A stretch of 64,000 nt of DNA from Blautia sp. (GTDB lineage Bacteria; Bacillota; Clostridia; Lachnospirales; Lachnospiraceae), in contig JAFVGK010000121.1 of the NCBI GenBank assembly GCA_017475035.1, positions 13,015 to 77,014 of the forward strand, read 5' to 3'. Below are positions 36,396 to 44,117 of this stretch, piece by piece. The translations under genes and the position numbers were made by a program. The notes under the pieces are model-generated. The model saw only the letters and a program-made list of their open reading frames with translations, ran no database searches and was not told where the DNA came from. The stretch's first letter is position 1. Each line of letters begins with the position of its first letter.

Positions 36396-37253
36396 ATGGA
36401 CCGGAAGGAATTAAACTGCAGAGTGTTTTTTGATACGGAAGACTGGATCAAACAGACAGAAAAGCTCCGCAGGGCTGTGAGAAAGAGCCAGGAGGGTTCC
36501 GTCCTGTATCCGGCGGATGCAGCGCTGGAAGTGCCGGAGAGAAAACCGGAACGTCCGACAAGGATCAGCGTGACGAGTGAGCGTAGTTTTGCCTGCGCAC
36601 TGCGTGTCGGACGGGAACAACCGGATGCCGGAATCGGTGTCCTGAATTTTGCCTCGGCAAAACATCCGGGAGGCGGAGTAAGAACAGGATCGAGCGCTCA
36701 GGAAGAATCGCTTTGCCGCTGTTCCACACTGTATCCGGTGCTGAATTCTGAAAAACTGTTAAGCGGGTTTTACCGATTTCATCGGGCGAACAAGAGCAAT
36801 CTCTATACCTCGGCTGTGATTTACAGTCCGGATATTATTATCTGCAAAACGGATACACCTGCGCCGGAAAGGATGGAAGAACCACTTTGGCAAAAGGTTG
36901 ATATACTTACCTGTGCGGCACCGAACATGTCAACCTATCGGAGAAACGCAATGGAAGAATCTGCAATGACGATTCCGTCCGAAGAGGAGCTTTTCGATAT
37001 TCATAAAGAACGGGCAAGAAGGATTCTTACAGTGGCTGCTTTACATCATATAGATATTCTTGTTTCGGGAGCCTTCGGCTGCGGGGCTTTTGGCAATGAT
37101 CCGGAAATTGTTTCCCGGGCCTGGAAGGATGTTCTTTCGGAAATGGACGGTATTCTGCCTGAGGTCATTTTTGCCATTTATGGCCGAAAGGGTGCGGATA
37201 AGAATCTGGAGGCATTTGCAGATACTTTTGCGAAACAGAGCGAGAGTGAGTAA
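36396..37253 (+). CDS. TIGR02452/DUF2263 macrodomain protein (bacterial PARG-like ADP-ribose hydrolase)
   Basis: VLNFASAKHPGGG...SAQEESLCRCSTLY, TCAAP, GAFGCGAFGNDP. Confidence 0.88.
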   Translation: MDRKELNCRVFFDTEDWIKQTEKLRRAVRKSQEGSVLYPADAALEVPERKPERPTRISVTSERSFACALRVGREQPDAGIGVLNFASAKHPGGGVRTGSSAQEESLCRCSTLYPVLNSEKLLSGFYRFHRANKSNLYTSAVIYSPDIIICKTDTPAPERMEEPLWQKVDILTCAAPNMSTYRRNAMEESAMTIPSEEELFDIHKERARRILTVAALHHIDILVSGAFGCGAFGNDPEIVSRAWKDVLSEMDGILPEVIFAIYGRKGADKNLEAFADTFAKQSESE

Positions 37254-38314
37254 TGAAGCCGGAAGAGATAAGGGGATTTCCTGATCAGCTGCCATCCCCG
37301 GATGAAAAGGCAATGATCGCGGCAAAAAAAAGATGGGACAGGATAGCAAAACCTTTACATTCTCTCGGAAAACTGGAGGATCTGACGGTACAGATCGCAG
37401 GAATTCAGGGATCGCCTGAGTTTTGTGTAAATAAAAAAGCGGTGATTGAGATCTGCGCGGATCATGGAGTTGTTGCCGAAGGAGTCACTCAGACGGATCA
37501 GTCGGTAACGGCTATTGTGTCAGAAAATTTCCTGAGGGGTGAGACGACAGCGTGTATTATGGCAAAAAGCTGCGGGGCGGATGTTCTGCCTTTTGATGTC
37601 GGTATGGCTGTGGATACGGCTGTGCGGACGGACTATAAGATAAAATACGGAACCGCAGATATGGCTCATGGGCCTGCGATGTCTTATAGCGAGGCGCGGA
37701 AGGGAATCGAAGCCGGAATTTCTATCGCAAAAGAATGTAAAGAAAAAGGATACCGGATCCTTGCAGCAGGAGAAATGGGGATTGGCAATACAACGGCATG
37801 TTCCGCTGTAACAAGTGTTATTCTGGAAAGACCGGCTGAAGAGGTAACCGGCCGGGGAGCGGGCCTTTCCTCTTCAGGCCTGATGAGAAAGATAGAGATT
37901 GTCGGCAGGGCGATCCGCGTGAACGCGCCGAACCCAAAAGACCCGGTAGATGTGCTCGCAAAAGTGGGTGGGCTGGATCTTGCCGCGCTTGCCGGTCTGT
38001 ATCTTGGAGGCGCATGTGAACGCATTCCTGTGGTTATGGATGGTTTTATCTCTGATGTGGCTGCCTTGATTGCCGCACGTTTGTGCCCGTCTGTCAGGGA
38101 TTTTCTGATACCATCCCATATTTCCAGAGAACCGGCCGCGCGACTGATTTTAAAAGAGTTAAATCTCAGTCCGATCCTGCAGGCTGATATGAGCCTGGGG
38201 GAAGGAACCGGCGCAATTGCTCTGTTCCCGCTGCTGGATATGGCGGAAAGAGTATACCGGGAGATGAAGACCTTTGATGAAATAAAAGTTGAACAATATC
38301 GATATCTGATATGA
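37253..38314 (+). CDS. cobT: Nicotinate-nucleotide:dimethylbenzimidazole phosphoribosyltransferase
   Basis: AKPLHSLGKLE, ADHGVVAEGV, GEMGIGNTT, TGRGAGL, DGFIS, LGEGTGA. Confidence 0.95.
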   Translation: MKPEEIRGFPDQLPSPDEKAMIAAKKRWDRIAKPLHSLGKLEDLTVQIAGIQGSPEFCVNKKAVIEICADHGVVAEGVTQTDQSVTAIVSENFLRGETTACIMAKSCGADVLPFDVGMAVDTAVRTDYKIKYGTADMAHGPAMSYSEARKGIEAGISIAKECKEKGYRILAAGEMGIGNTTACSAVTSVILERPAEEVTGRGAGLSSSGLMRKIEIVGRAIRVNAPNPKDPVDVLAKVGGLDLAALAGLYLGGACERIPVVMDGFISDVAALIAARLCPSVRDFLIPSHISREPAARLILKELNLSPILQADMSLGEGTGAIALFPLLDMAERVYREMKTFDEIKVEQYRYLI

Positions 38315-38317
38315 AAG

Positions 38318-38346
38318 TGATATTGCTGCTTCGGCAGCCTGACTTC
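38318..38346 (-). repeat. Family B fragment (inverted)
   Basis: Minus strand GGCTGCCGAAGCAGCAATATC. Confidence 0.55.
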
Positions 38347-38368
38347 TTTTTTGAGGAACGGAAAAGAT

Positions 38369-38914
38369 ATGGGCAGACTGATATTGATTACCGGCGCTTC
38401 CGGTTCGGGAAAATCAGCTTTTGCCGAAAACCGGGTCACACAGTATGAAGGAATAAGACGGGTGTATCTCGCGACGATGGACTGCTCTGATACGGAAAGT
38501 CAGAAAAGGATCCAAAAACATCGTACGCTTCGCCGGGGCAAAGGGTTTACAACAATCGAAAAGCCCGGCGGACTGGGAGAACTGCCATCCGAGGTATGGA
38601 AGGACGCGGCAGTATTATTGGAGGATCTTTCCAACCTGCTTTCCAATGAAATGTTTTCTCGTTCAACGGAATATAATGAATATAATATAGAAGGTTTATT
38701 TTTCTTTAAAAAAATATCTGAAGATCTGCAGAAGATACGAAAAGTCTGCCTGCATCTGGTGATTGTAACGAATGAAGTATTTGAAGACGGAATAAGATGG
38801 AAGAAGGAAATGCTGGAGTATGTCAGAACTCTGGGAATGCTGAATCAAAAACTGGCAGAGCAGGCAGATGAGGTGTACCGGGTTCATTTTGGTATTCCGG
38901 TACGTCTGAAATAA
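38369..38914 (+). CDS. cobU: Adenosylcobinamide kinase / guanylyltransferase
   Basis: ITGASGSGKSAFAE, YLATM, RIQKHR, VTNEV, LNQKLA...V..GIP. Confidence 0.9.
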   Translation: MGRLILITGASGSGKSAFAENRVTQYEGIRRVYLATMDCSDTESQKRIQKHRTLRRGKGFTTIEKPGGLGELPSEVWKDAAVLLEDLSNLLSNEMFSRSTEYNEYNIEGLFFFKKISEDLQKIRKVCLHLVIVTNEVFEDGIRWKKEMLEYVRTLGMLNQKLAEQADEVYRVHFGIPVRLK

Positions 38915-38995
38915 GCGGCTTCCTGGCAGATCCGCTGCGGAGCGATTCGTAAAGCCGGGCCATTTCCGGGAATAGATTTAGGATCTGTGCATTAA

Positions 38996-39110
38996 GAACC
39001 TTTAGATCCGGCGCGTCTGAATCCGTTGAGGCTGCTTTTTTCAGAGGCGTGGCTGCAGAATGGTCATCTGTGTTCATTGTGTCAATGTTAAAATTCCGTT
39101 TCAGGAGGTG
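38996..39110 (+). repeat. Inverted family C fragment (38996-39024) followed by a degenerate family B copy supplying the gtrA RBS
   Basis: AACCTTTAGATCCGGCGCGTCTGAATCCG is the reverse complement of the C core; then GTGGCTGCAGAATGGTCATCTGTG...TTCCGTTTCAGGAGGTG resembles the 17661-17758 variant. Confidence 0.7.
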
Positions 39111-39112
39111 TA

Positions 39113-39547
39113 TTGGAAACAAATATGATTGAACTGATAAAGAAATGTTACCGTAACGATATTCTGCGCTATATTTTTTTTGGCGGCTGCACCACATTGG
39201 TGAACCTTGTCAGCTTTTATTTCCTGAGAGTTGCCGGAATGGGGCTGAACCTGGCGAATTTTATCTCGATTGTTCTTGCAATCATTTTTGCGTATATCGT
39301 GAATTCACGATTTGTCTTTCATGACCGCTGCGAGACACTCTCAGATCACGTAAAGCCTTTTGTGAAGTTTGTCAGTGCCCGCCTGATCACGATGGTGATA
39401 GAAATCGGCGGAGTATGGTTCCTTGTTGAAAAAATGCATCTGGTTGATATGATGGGTAAGTTCATCACAATGTTCGTTGTGCTTGCTCTCAACTATGTAT
39501 TCAGCAAATTTCTCATTTTTACAACAGGAAAAGATAAAAAATCATGA
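39113..39547 (+). CDS. GtrA-family small flippase-like membrane protein
   Basis: RYIFFGGCTTLVN, FAYIVNSRFVF, FVSARLIT, NYVFSKFLIF. Start is TTG 39113 or ATG 39125. Confidence 0.88.
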   Translation: METNMIELIKKCYRNDILRYIFFGGCTTLVNLVSFYFLRVAGMGLNLANFISIVLAIIFAYIVNSRFVFHDRCETLSDHVKPFVKFVSARLITMVIEIGGVWFLVEKMHLVDMMGKFITMFVVLALNYVFSKFLIFTTGKDKKS

Positions 39548-40338
39548 AAAAAACAGGAAATGTGCTTCCTGCTTTATGGAACAGTTTTAAGGCTGCTTTC
39601 GCGATGTTTTCCAGGATTCCGATGCCGAAGACGGACTGGTCAGAGGATCATATCGGTTTTCTGTTTTGCTTTTTTCCCTGGGTTGGCCTGGCAATAGGCG
39701 GTCTTTCCATGCTTGTCCGGCAGATCGGGATTCGCCGGGGGTATCATGAGAACTTTATATGTGCGGTGCTGGTGATTCTGCCGGTTGTTTTAACAGGAGG
39801 AATTCACCTTGACGGTTTGCTGGATACAACGGATGCGCTTTACTCCTATCAGGAAAAGAGCCGAAGGATAGAAATATTAAAGGATTCTCATGCAGGGGCT
39901 TTTGCTGTCATACGGGCAGGTATGTATTACCTGCTCCAATTTGGCGCCTTTTGTCAGATATGGAAGAATACGAAAGCGATGCTTATGATGTCCGGCGTTT
40001 ACGTATTATCCCGCTGCCTGTCCGGATGGGGGGTATTGACAATTCCAAAAGTGAATTCCTCAGGGACGGCAGCGTTATTTGCTGAAAATGCGAAGGAAAG
40101 GCAGACAAAAATCGTCCTTGGAATTTACGTGATCACTTTGACTCTCCTGATGCCGGCCCTGTCTCCCGTTATGGGCTGGGCGGTCATAGTCTGTGCCGGA
40201 ACTGTATTTATCTGGTACCGCCAAAAGGCTGTAAAATATTTCGGAGGAACCAACGGCGACTTGTCCGGATATTTTTTATGCAGCTGTGAACAGGCAGCGG
40301 CGTTGGTATTGGCGGTTCTGACAGTAGTGACGGGATAA
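39544..40338 (+). CDS. cobS: Adenosylcobinamide-GDP ribazoletransferase (cobalamin synthase)
   Basis: FSRIP, TGGIHLDGLLDTTDA, ILKDSHAGAFAV, FGGTNGDLSG. Confidence 0.93.
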   Translation: MKKTGNVLPALWNSFKAAFAMFSRIPMPKTDWSEDHIGFLFCFFPWVGLAIGGLSMLVRQIGIRRGYHENFICAVLVILPVVLTGGIHLDGLLDTTDALYSYQEKSRRIEILKDSHAGAFAVIRAGMYYLLQFGAFCQIWKNTKAMLMMSGVYVLSRCLSGWGVLTIPKVNSSGTAALFAENAKERQTKIVLGIYVITLTLLMPALSPVMGWAVIVCAGTVFIWYRQKAVKYFGGTNGDLSGYFLCSCEQAAALVLAVLTVVTG

Positions 40339-40344
40339 CCGAAG

Positions 40345-40402
40345 GGAGACGGATTCTGTCTTCGGCAGTTCGACTGCCGAAGCAGCAAAATCGTTATCCG
40401 GA
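40345..40402 (+). repeat. Family B repeat, 5' hairpin half
   Basis: GGAGACGGATTCTGTCTTCGGCAG-TTCGA-CTGCCGAAGCAGCAAAATCGTTATCCG. Confidence 0.85.
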
Positions 40403-40447
40403 TGGCGTGCCGGTTTATTATTTGTATTGTAAGAGGTGGAATAGAGG

Positions 40448-40831
40448 ATGGTCTTGATTATCGGAGGCGCTTTTCAGGGAAAACGTTCTTATGCTTTGGC
40501 TCAATACCCCGGTATCCCTTTTCCTCCCGCTAAAGATCTTTCCCTGCAGGATTTCAGACAAGTAAAGGGAGCCTGTAATTTAGAGGAATACATTGAACTG
40601 TCTTTAAAAAAAGGTGAGGATCTTTCCTGCCTGGGTGAGGATCTGATCCGTCTGAACCCTGATCTGATTCTGACAATGCGGGAAGTCGGCAGCGGGATCG
40701 TACCCATTGATCCGTTTGAACGCCGGTATCGGGAAACGGTGGGAAGAGTCGGGATTGTACTGGCCTCGTTCGCGAATAAGGTGGTTCGTGTTTCCTGCGG
40801 TCTCCCTATGATATTAAAAGAAACGAAATGA
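40448..40831 (+). CDS. Short CobU-like protein
   Basis: LIIGGAFQGK, EVGSGIVPIDPFERRYRETVGR, VVRVSCGLP. Confidence 0.8.
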   Translation: MVLIIGGAFQGKRSYALAQYPGIPFPPAKDLSLQDFRQVKGACNLEEYIELSLKKGEDLSCLGEDLIRLNPDLILTMREVGSGIVPIDPFERRYRETVGRVGIVLASFANKVVRVSCGLPMILKETK

Positions 40832-40923
40832 TCAGAAGGCTGCCTTAACCGCAGCCTTTAAAAAAACTGAAGTGATAACATCGAAAGAACGAAAAAAACT
40901 GCTTTATATATAGGAGGAAATAC

Positions 40924-42174
40924 ATGGCAATTTTACGGCCGTTTCGGGCGGTTCGACCGTCCGCAGAGAAAGCACGGGCTGTGGCAGCCCTGCCTTATGA
41001 TGTTGTTGACAGGTATGAAGCCCGGGAGATCGGAAATCATAATCCTGACTCGTTCCTGCATATTGACCGTGCTGAAATGGATCTTGAGGAAGGAATCGAT
41101 ATTTATTCTCCGGAGGTTTATGTGAAAGCAAGGCAAAACCTCGACGCAATGAGAGAAAAGAAGGTATTGATACAGGATAAGGAAAATAGCTTTTATCTTT
41201 ATGAATTGATCAGAAACGGCAAATCACAGACCGGAATCGTCGGGACTGCCAGTGTGGATGAATACCTGGATGGAACCATAAAAAAGCATGAGCTGACGAG
41301 AGAAGACAAAGAACAGGATCGGATCCGCCATGTGGACGCCTGCAACGCGAATACCGGACCGATTTTTCTTGCGGCCGATTTTCCGGGTCATCTGAAGAAA
41401 TTTGTGAAAGACTGGAAAACGGAGCATGCTCCTGTTTATGATTTTGCCGCCGAGGATGGTATCATCCATAGGGTGTGGCAGGTTGCAGGTGAGAACGGGA
41501 TCCGCGCAATGATCGAGGGATGCAGTGAAATACCCTGTTTTTATATTGCGGACGGTCATCACAGAGCCGCTTCCGCGGTAAAGGTTGCTTTAAAGCGCCG
41601 AAACGGGAACCCTGATTTCACAGGAATGGAGGAGTTTAATTATTTCCTTTCGGTTGTTTTTCCTTATGAAGAATTGACGATACTTCCGTATCATCGGATT
41701 ATTCGTGACCGTTGCGGAATGGAGTCTTCGGCTCTGGTTTCCCGTCTGGAGGAGTATTTTGAAGTGACTCCCGAAGCATCTCCGGTCCGGCCCGACCGGA
41801 AGCATGCTTATGGAATGTACGTTCAGAAGCAATGGTATCTGCTTAAGGCAAAGCCGGTACTTTTTGAGGGCAAGGATGTGGTTGCGGGTCTGGATGTGTC
41901 GATTCTGCAGGATCATGTATTGAATCCGATATTTGGGATCAAAGATGCCCGCACGGATGAACGGATCCGTTTTATGGGCGGAAGCCATGAGATAACCGAT
42001 CTGATGCAGGCGGCAGATGATACAGACGGCGTGGCTTTTGCGATGTTTCCGACCCAGATGGAGGATCTGATGAACATCGCGGATAACGGAAAGCTGATGC
42101 CTCCAAAATCCACATGGTTCGAGCCTAAGCTGCGCAGCGGGTTATTTATTCATCTCCTGGAAGAGGAATCGTAA
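40924..42174 (+). CDS. DUF1015 family protein
   Basis: ALPYDV, IKKHELTR, ANTGPIF, YIADGHHR, MPPKSTWFEPKLRSGL. Confidence 0.92.
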   Translation: MAILRPFRAVRPSAEKARAVAALPYDVVDRYEAREIGNHNPDSFLHIDRAEMDLEEGIDIYSPEVYVKARQNLDAMREKKVLIQDKENSFYLYELIRNGKSQTGIVGTASVDEYLDGTIKKHELTREDKEQDRIRHVDACNANTGPIFLAADFPGHLKKFVKDWKTEHAPVYDFAAEDGIIHRVWQVAGENGIRAMIEGCSEIPCFYIADGHHRAASAVKVALKRRNGNPDFTGMEEFNYFLSVVFPYEELTILPYHRIIRDRCGMESSALVSRLEEYFEVTPEASPVRPDRKHAYGMYVQKQWYLLKAKPVLFEGKDVVAGLDVSILQDHVLNPIFGIKDARTDERIRFMGGSHEITDLMQAADDTDGVAFAMFPTQMEDLMNIADNGKLMPPKSTWFEPKLRSGLFIHLLEEES

Positions 42175-42219
42175 GGTAACAACTCTGTAACAATCTTGCG
42201 AAAAAATATTAAGATGCTC

Positions 42220-42248
42220 TTGCAATCTATGCTGAAATCATTTATTAT
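42220..42248 (+). promoter_or_regulatory. Putative sigma-A promoter of the SH3 protein gene
   Basis: TTGCAA-17 bp-TATTAT, about 200 nt upstream of the ATG. Confidence 0.45.
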
Positions 42249-42447
42249 AGTAAAAGAAATGTAACGGGGTTTGCCTGACGGATCCTTTAAAAAAATAATG
42301 CTGGTTGAGCCGGGTTTTGCCGGAGACAGAGTCGGTTTGATCAAACATACCGCGGCATGACAGTTATTATGGGGTTTTTATGTCGCCTGCGAGTATTGAT
42401 AAGGGAAGAGCGTAGGCTTTCATGATCATATAGGAGGAGTATTCGAG

Positions 42448-42882
42448 ATGAAAAGAGCAACGATACTTGTATGTATCTTGGCGATGTGCCTTTGCCTGCC
42501 CGGGTGCGGGTTTTCTGAGGGGGCAGGAGCCACTGTGACGATCGTCACGCCTACGCCGGAGCCGACACCTACCCCAGAGCCAACACCGACACCGGTACCT
42601 ACGCCTGTACCGGAGGTTACGACACAGCAGACACCGACCGGAGTGAATGTCACCGTATTTAATACTCCCGGTACCGCTACCGTGATTGCGGATGTCAACC
42701 TTCGCGCGGACGCGAGTGCTGAGGCAGCCTGGATTGCCACGGCTGTGGCGGGTACGGAGCTTAAGCAGACAGGCTCCTGCGACAATGGATGGGTACAGCT
42801 GGAATATGAAGGCCAGGTTGTTTATGCCTCCGGTGACTTCGTAAATTCTTCTGCGCCGGCTGAGGTTACCCTTGATCAATAA
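42448..42882 (+). CDS. Small lipoprotein with PT linker and SH3b-like domain
   Basis: Lipobox-like LPGC, (PT/PE)n linker, DVNLRADAS...NGWVQLEYEGQVVYASGDFV. Confidence 0.85.
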   Translation: MKRATILVCILAMCLCLPGCGFSEGAGATVTIVTPTPEPTPTPEPTPTPVPTPVPEVTTQQTPTGVNVTVFNTPGTATVIADVNLRADASAEAAWIATAVAGTELKQTGSCDNGWVQLEYEGQVVYASGDFVNSSAPAEVTLDQ

Positions 42883-42940
42883 GTATTTACGGGATCTTTT
42901 CAGGAAAAGGGATTTCCAGTATTCAGATTATGACAGCTTT

Positions 42941-42969
42941 AAGGTCATGCCGGAAGGCATGACCTTTTT
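42941..42969 (+). terminator. Terminator hairpin (family D arms) after the SH3 gene
   Basis: AAGGTCATGCC-GGAA-GGCATGACCTT-TTT. Confidence 0.8.
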
Positions 42970-43240
42970 CGTAGAATCAGGCTTTTGCCGATACAATCAT
43001 CTTGATCTCTTTTTGCGAGTTGTGTTGAATACGGGATAAAAATATGATATGATATGCACCGAAAATTCGCTGAATCTGTCATTGCCGGGATCGTACTATG
43101 CTGATAGATTCAGGCTTTTGTCGATGCAGTCATTTTTTATTTTTATGATTCAGGCGGCAAAAGTCATGCAGAATGCAGCTTGCTCATTTTTGCATGAGAT
43201 TGGGTCGTAGAATCAGGCTTTTGTTGATGCAGTCATTTTT
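42969..43240 (+). repeat. Three ~30-bp direct repeats upstream of apt
   Basis: TAGA(A/T)TCAGGCTTTTG(C/T)(C/T)GAT(A/G)CA(A/G)TCAT at 42969-43000, 43105-43133 and 43205-43236. Confidence 0.8.
43025..43053 (+). promoter_or_regulatory. Putative sigma-A promoter of the apt-rel operon
   Basis: TTGAAT-17 bp-TATGAT with TG extension. Confidence 0.55.
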
Positions 43241-43257
43241 ATGAAGGAGGAATCATC

Positions 43258-43782
43258 ATGAAGAAGCTGGAAGATTATGTAAGAAATATTCCTGATTTTC
43301 CGGAGCCCGGGATTATGTTCCGCGATGTGACCAGTGTTTTGCAGGACGCGGATGGACTGCAGCTTGCGATTGACGAAATGCAGTCATGTCTTGACGGAGT
43401 GGATTTTGATGTGATTGTCGGAGCGGAATCCCGCGGATTTATTTTTGGTATGCCGATTGCATATAATCTGCATAAGCCCTTTGTCCTGGTGAGAAAAAAA
43501 GGAAAGCTTCCCTGCGAGACGATTTCCCGCAGCTATGCGCTGGAGTATGGCACTGCGACGATCGAAATGCATAAGGATTCTATTAAGCCTGGCCAGAAAG
43601 TGGTTATTATTGATGACCTGATTGCCACAGGCGGTACGATTGAAGCGGCTGCCAAAATGATCGAAGAGCTGGGCGGCGTTGTGGTCAAGATCGTATTTTT
43701 GATGGAATTAGCAGGCTTGAAGGGCCGCGAAAAGCTGAAGGAATATGACGTCGCATCCGTGATCTGTTACGAAGGGAAATAA
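43258..43782 (+). CDS. apt: Adenine phosphoribosyltransferase
   Basis: IPDFPEPGIMFRD, ESRGF, RKKGKLP, YALEYG, IDDLIATGGT. Confidence 0.97.
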   Translation: MKKLEDYVRNIPDFPEPGIMFRDVTSVLQDADGLQLAIDEMQSCLDGVDFDVIVGAESRGFIFGMPIAYNLHKPFVLVRKKGKLPCETISRSYALEYGTATIEMHKDSIKPGQKVVIIDDLIATGGTIEAAAKMIEELGGVVVKIVFLMELAGLKGREKLKEYDVASVICYEGK

Positions 43783-43835
43783 CAGGATTCTCGTTTTGAC
43801 GATGCGGCTGCAGTACGTGTTTTTGCATCGGCGTC

Positions 43836-44020
43836 TCTGCAGCGGCTGTACGAAGAAGCTGTACAAAATAACCTTACAGATGGCGCAGGATAAATTCGTC
43901 CGGCAAGGCGGCGGAAGGAGCCGCAGCGGGCTGCGGCTGCTGACAACAACGCCGCCTGGGCGGATTCAGACGCGCCGGATGTAAAGGTTATTTATGTACA
44001 GATCTTCAGGCGGCTGCAGA
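43836..44020 (+). repeat. Family C rod-like hairpin (185 nt) between apt and rel
   Basis: Nested pairs TCTGCAGC/GCTGCAGA, GAAGA/TCTTC, CTGTACA/TGTACAG, AAATAACCTT/AAGGTTATTT, GGCGC/GCGCC, AATTCGTCC/GGGCGGATT, AGGCGGCG/CGCCGCCT. Confidence 0.88.
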
Positions 44021-44117
44021 CGGAATGAATCCTGATCCGGATGAGAAAAGTGCTGATAAAGAAGACAAAAGACCGTTCTCATACTGTCTGACTGCGAAAA
44101 AAGGTGGTGAAGGTTTT

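Noticed and set aside
43064-43100. c-di-AMP (ydaO) riboswitch suggested by CGCTGAATC
   Set aside because: The downstream conserved purine-rich elements of the aptamer are absent.
42969-43240. Three 30-bp direct repeats as a mini-CRISPR
   Set aside because: Gaps are unequal and too long (~104 and ~71 nt), the repeats are degenerate, and there are no cas genes in the window.
43836-44020. 6S RNA call for the 185-nt rod between apt and rel
   Set aside because: The size fits, but it is multicopy, one copy is nested in another repeat, and I see no large central bubble.
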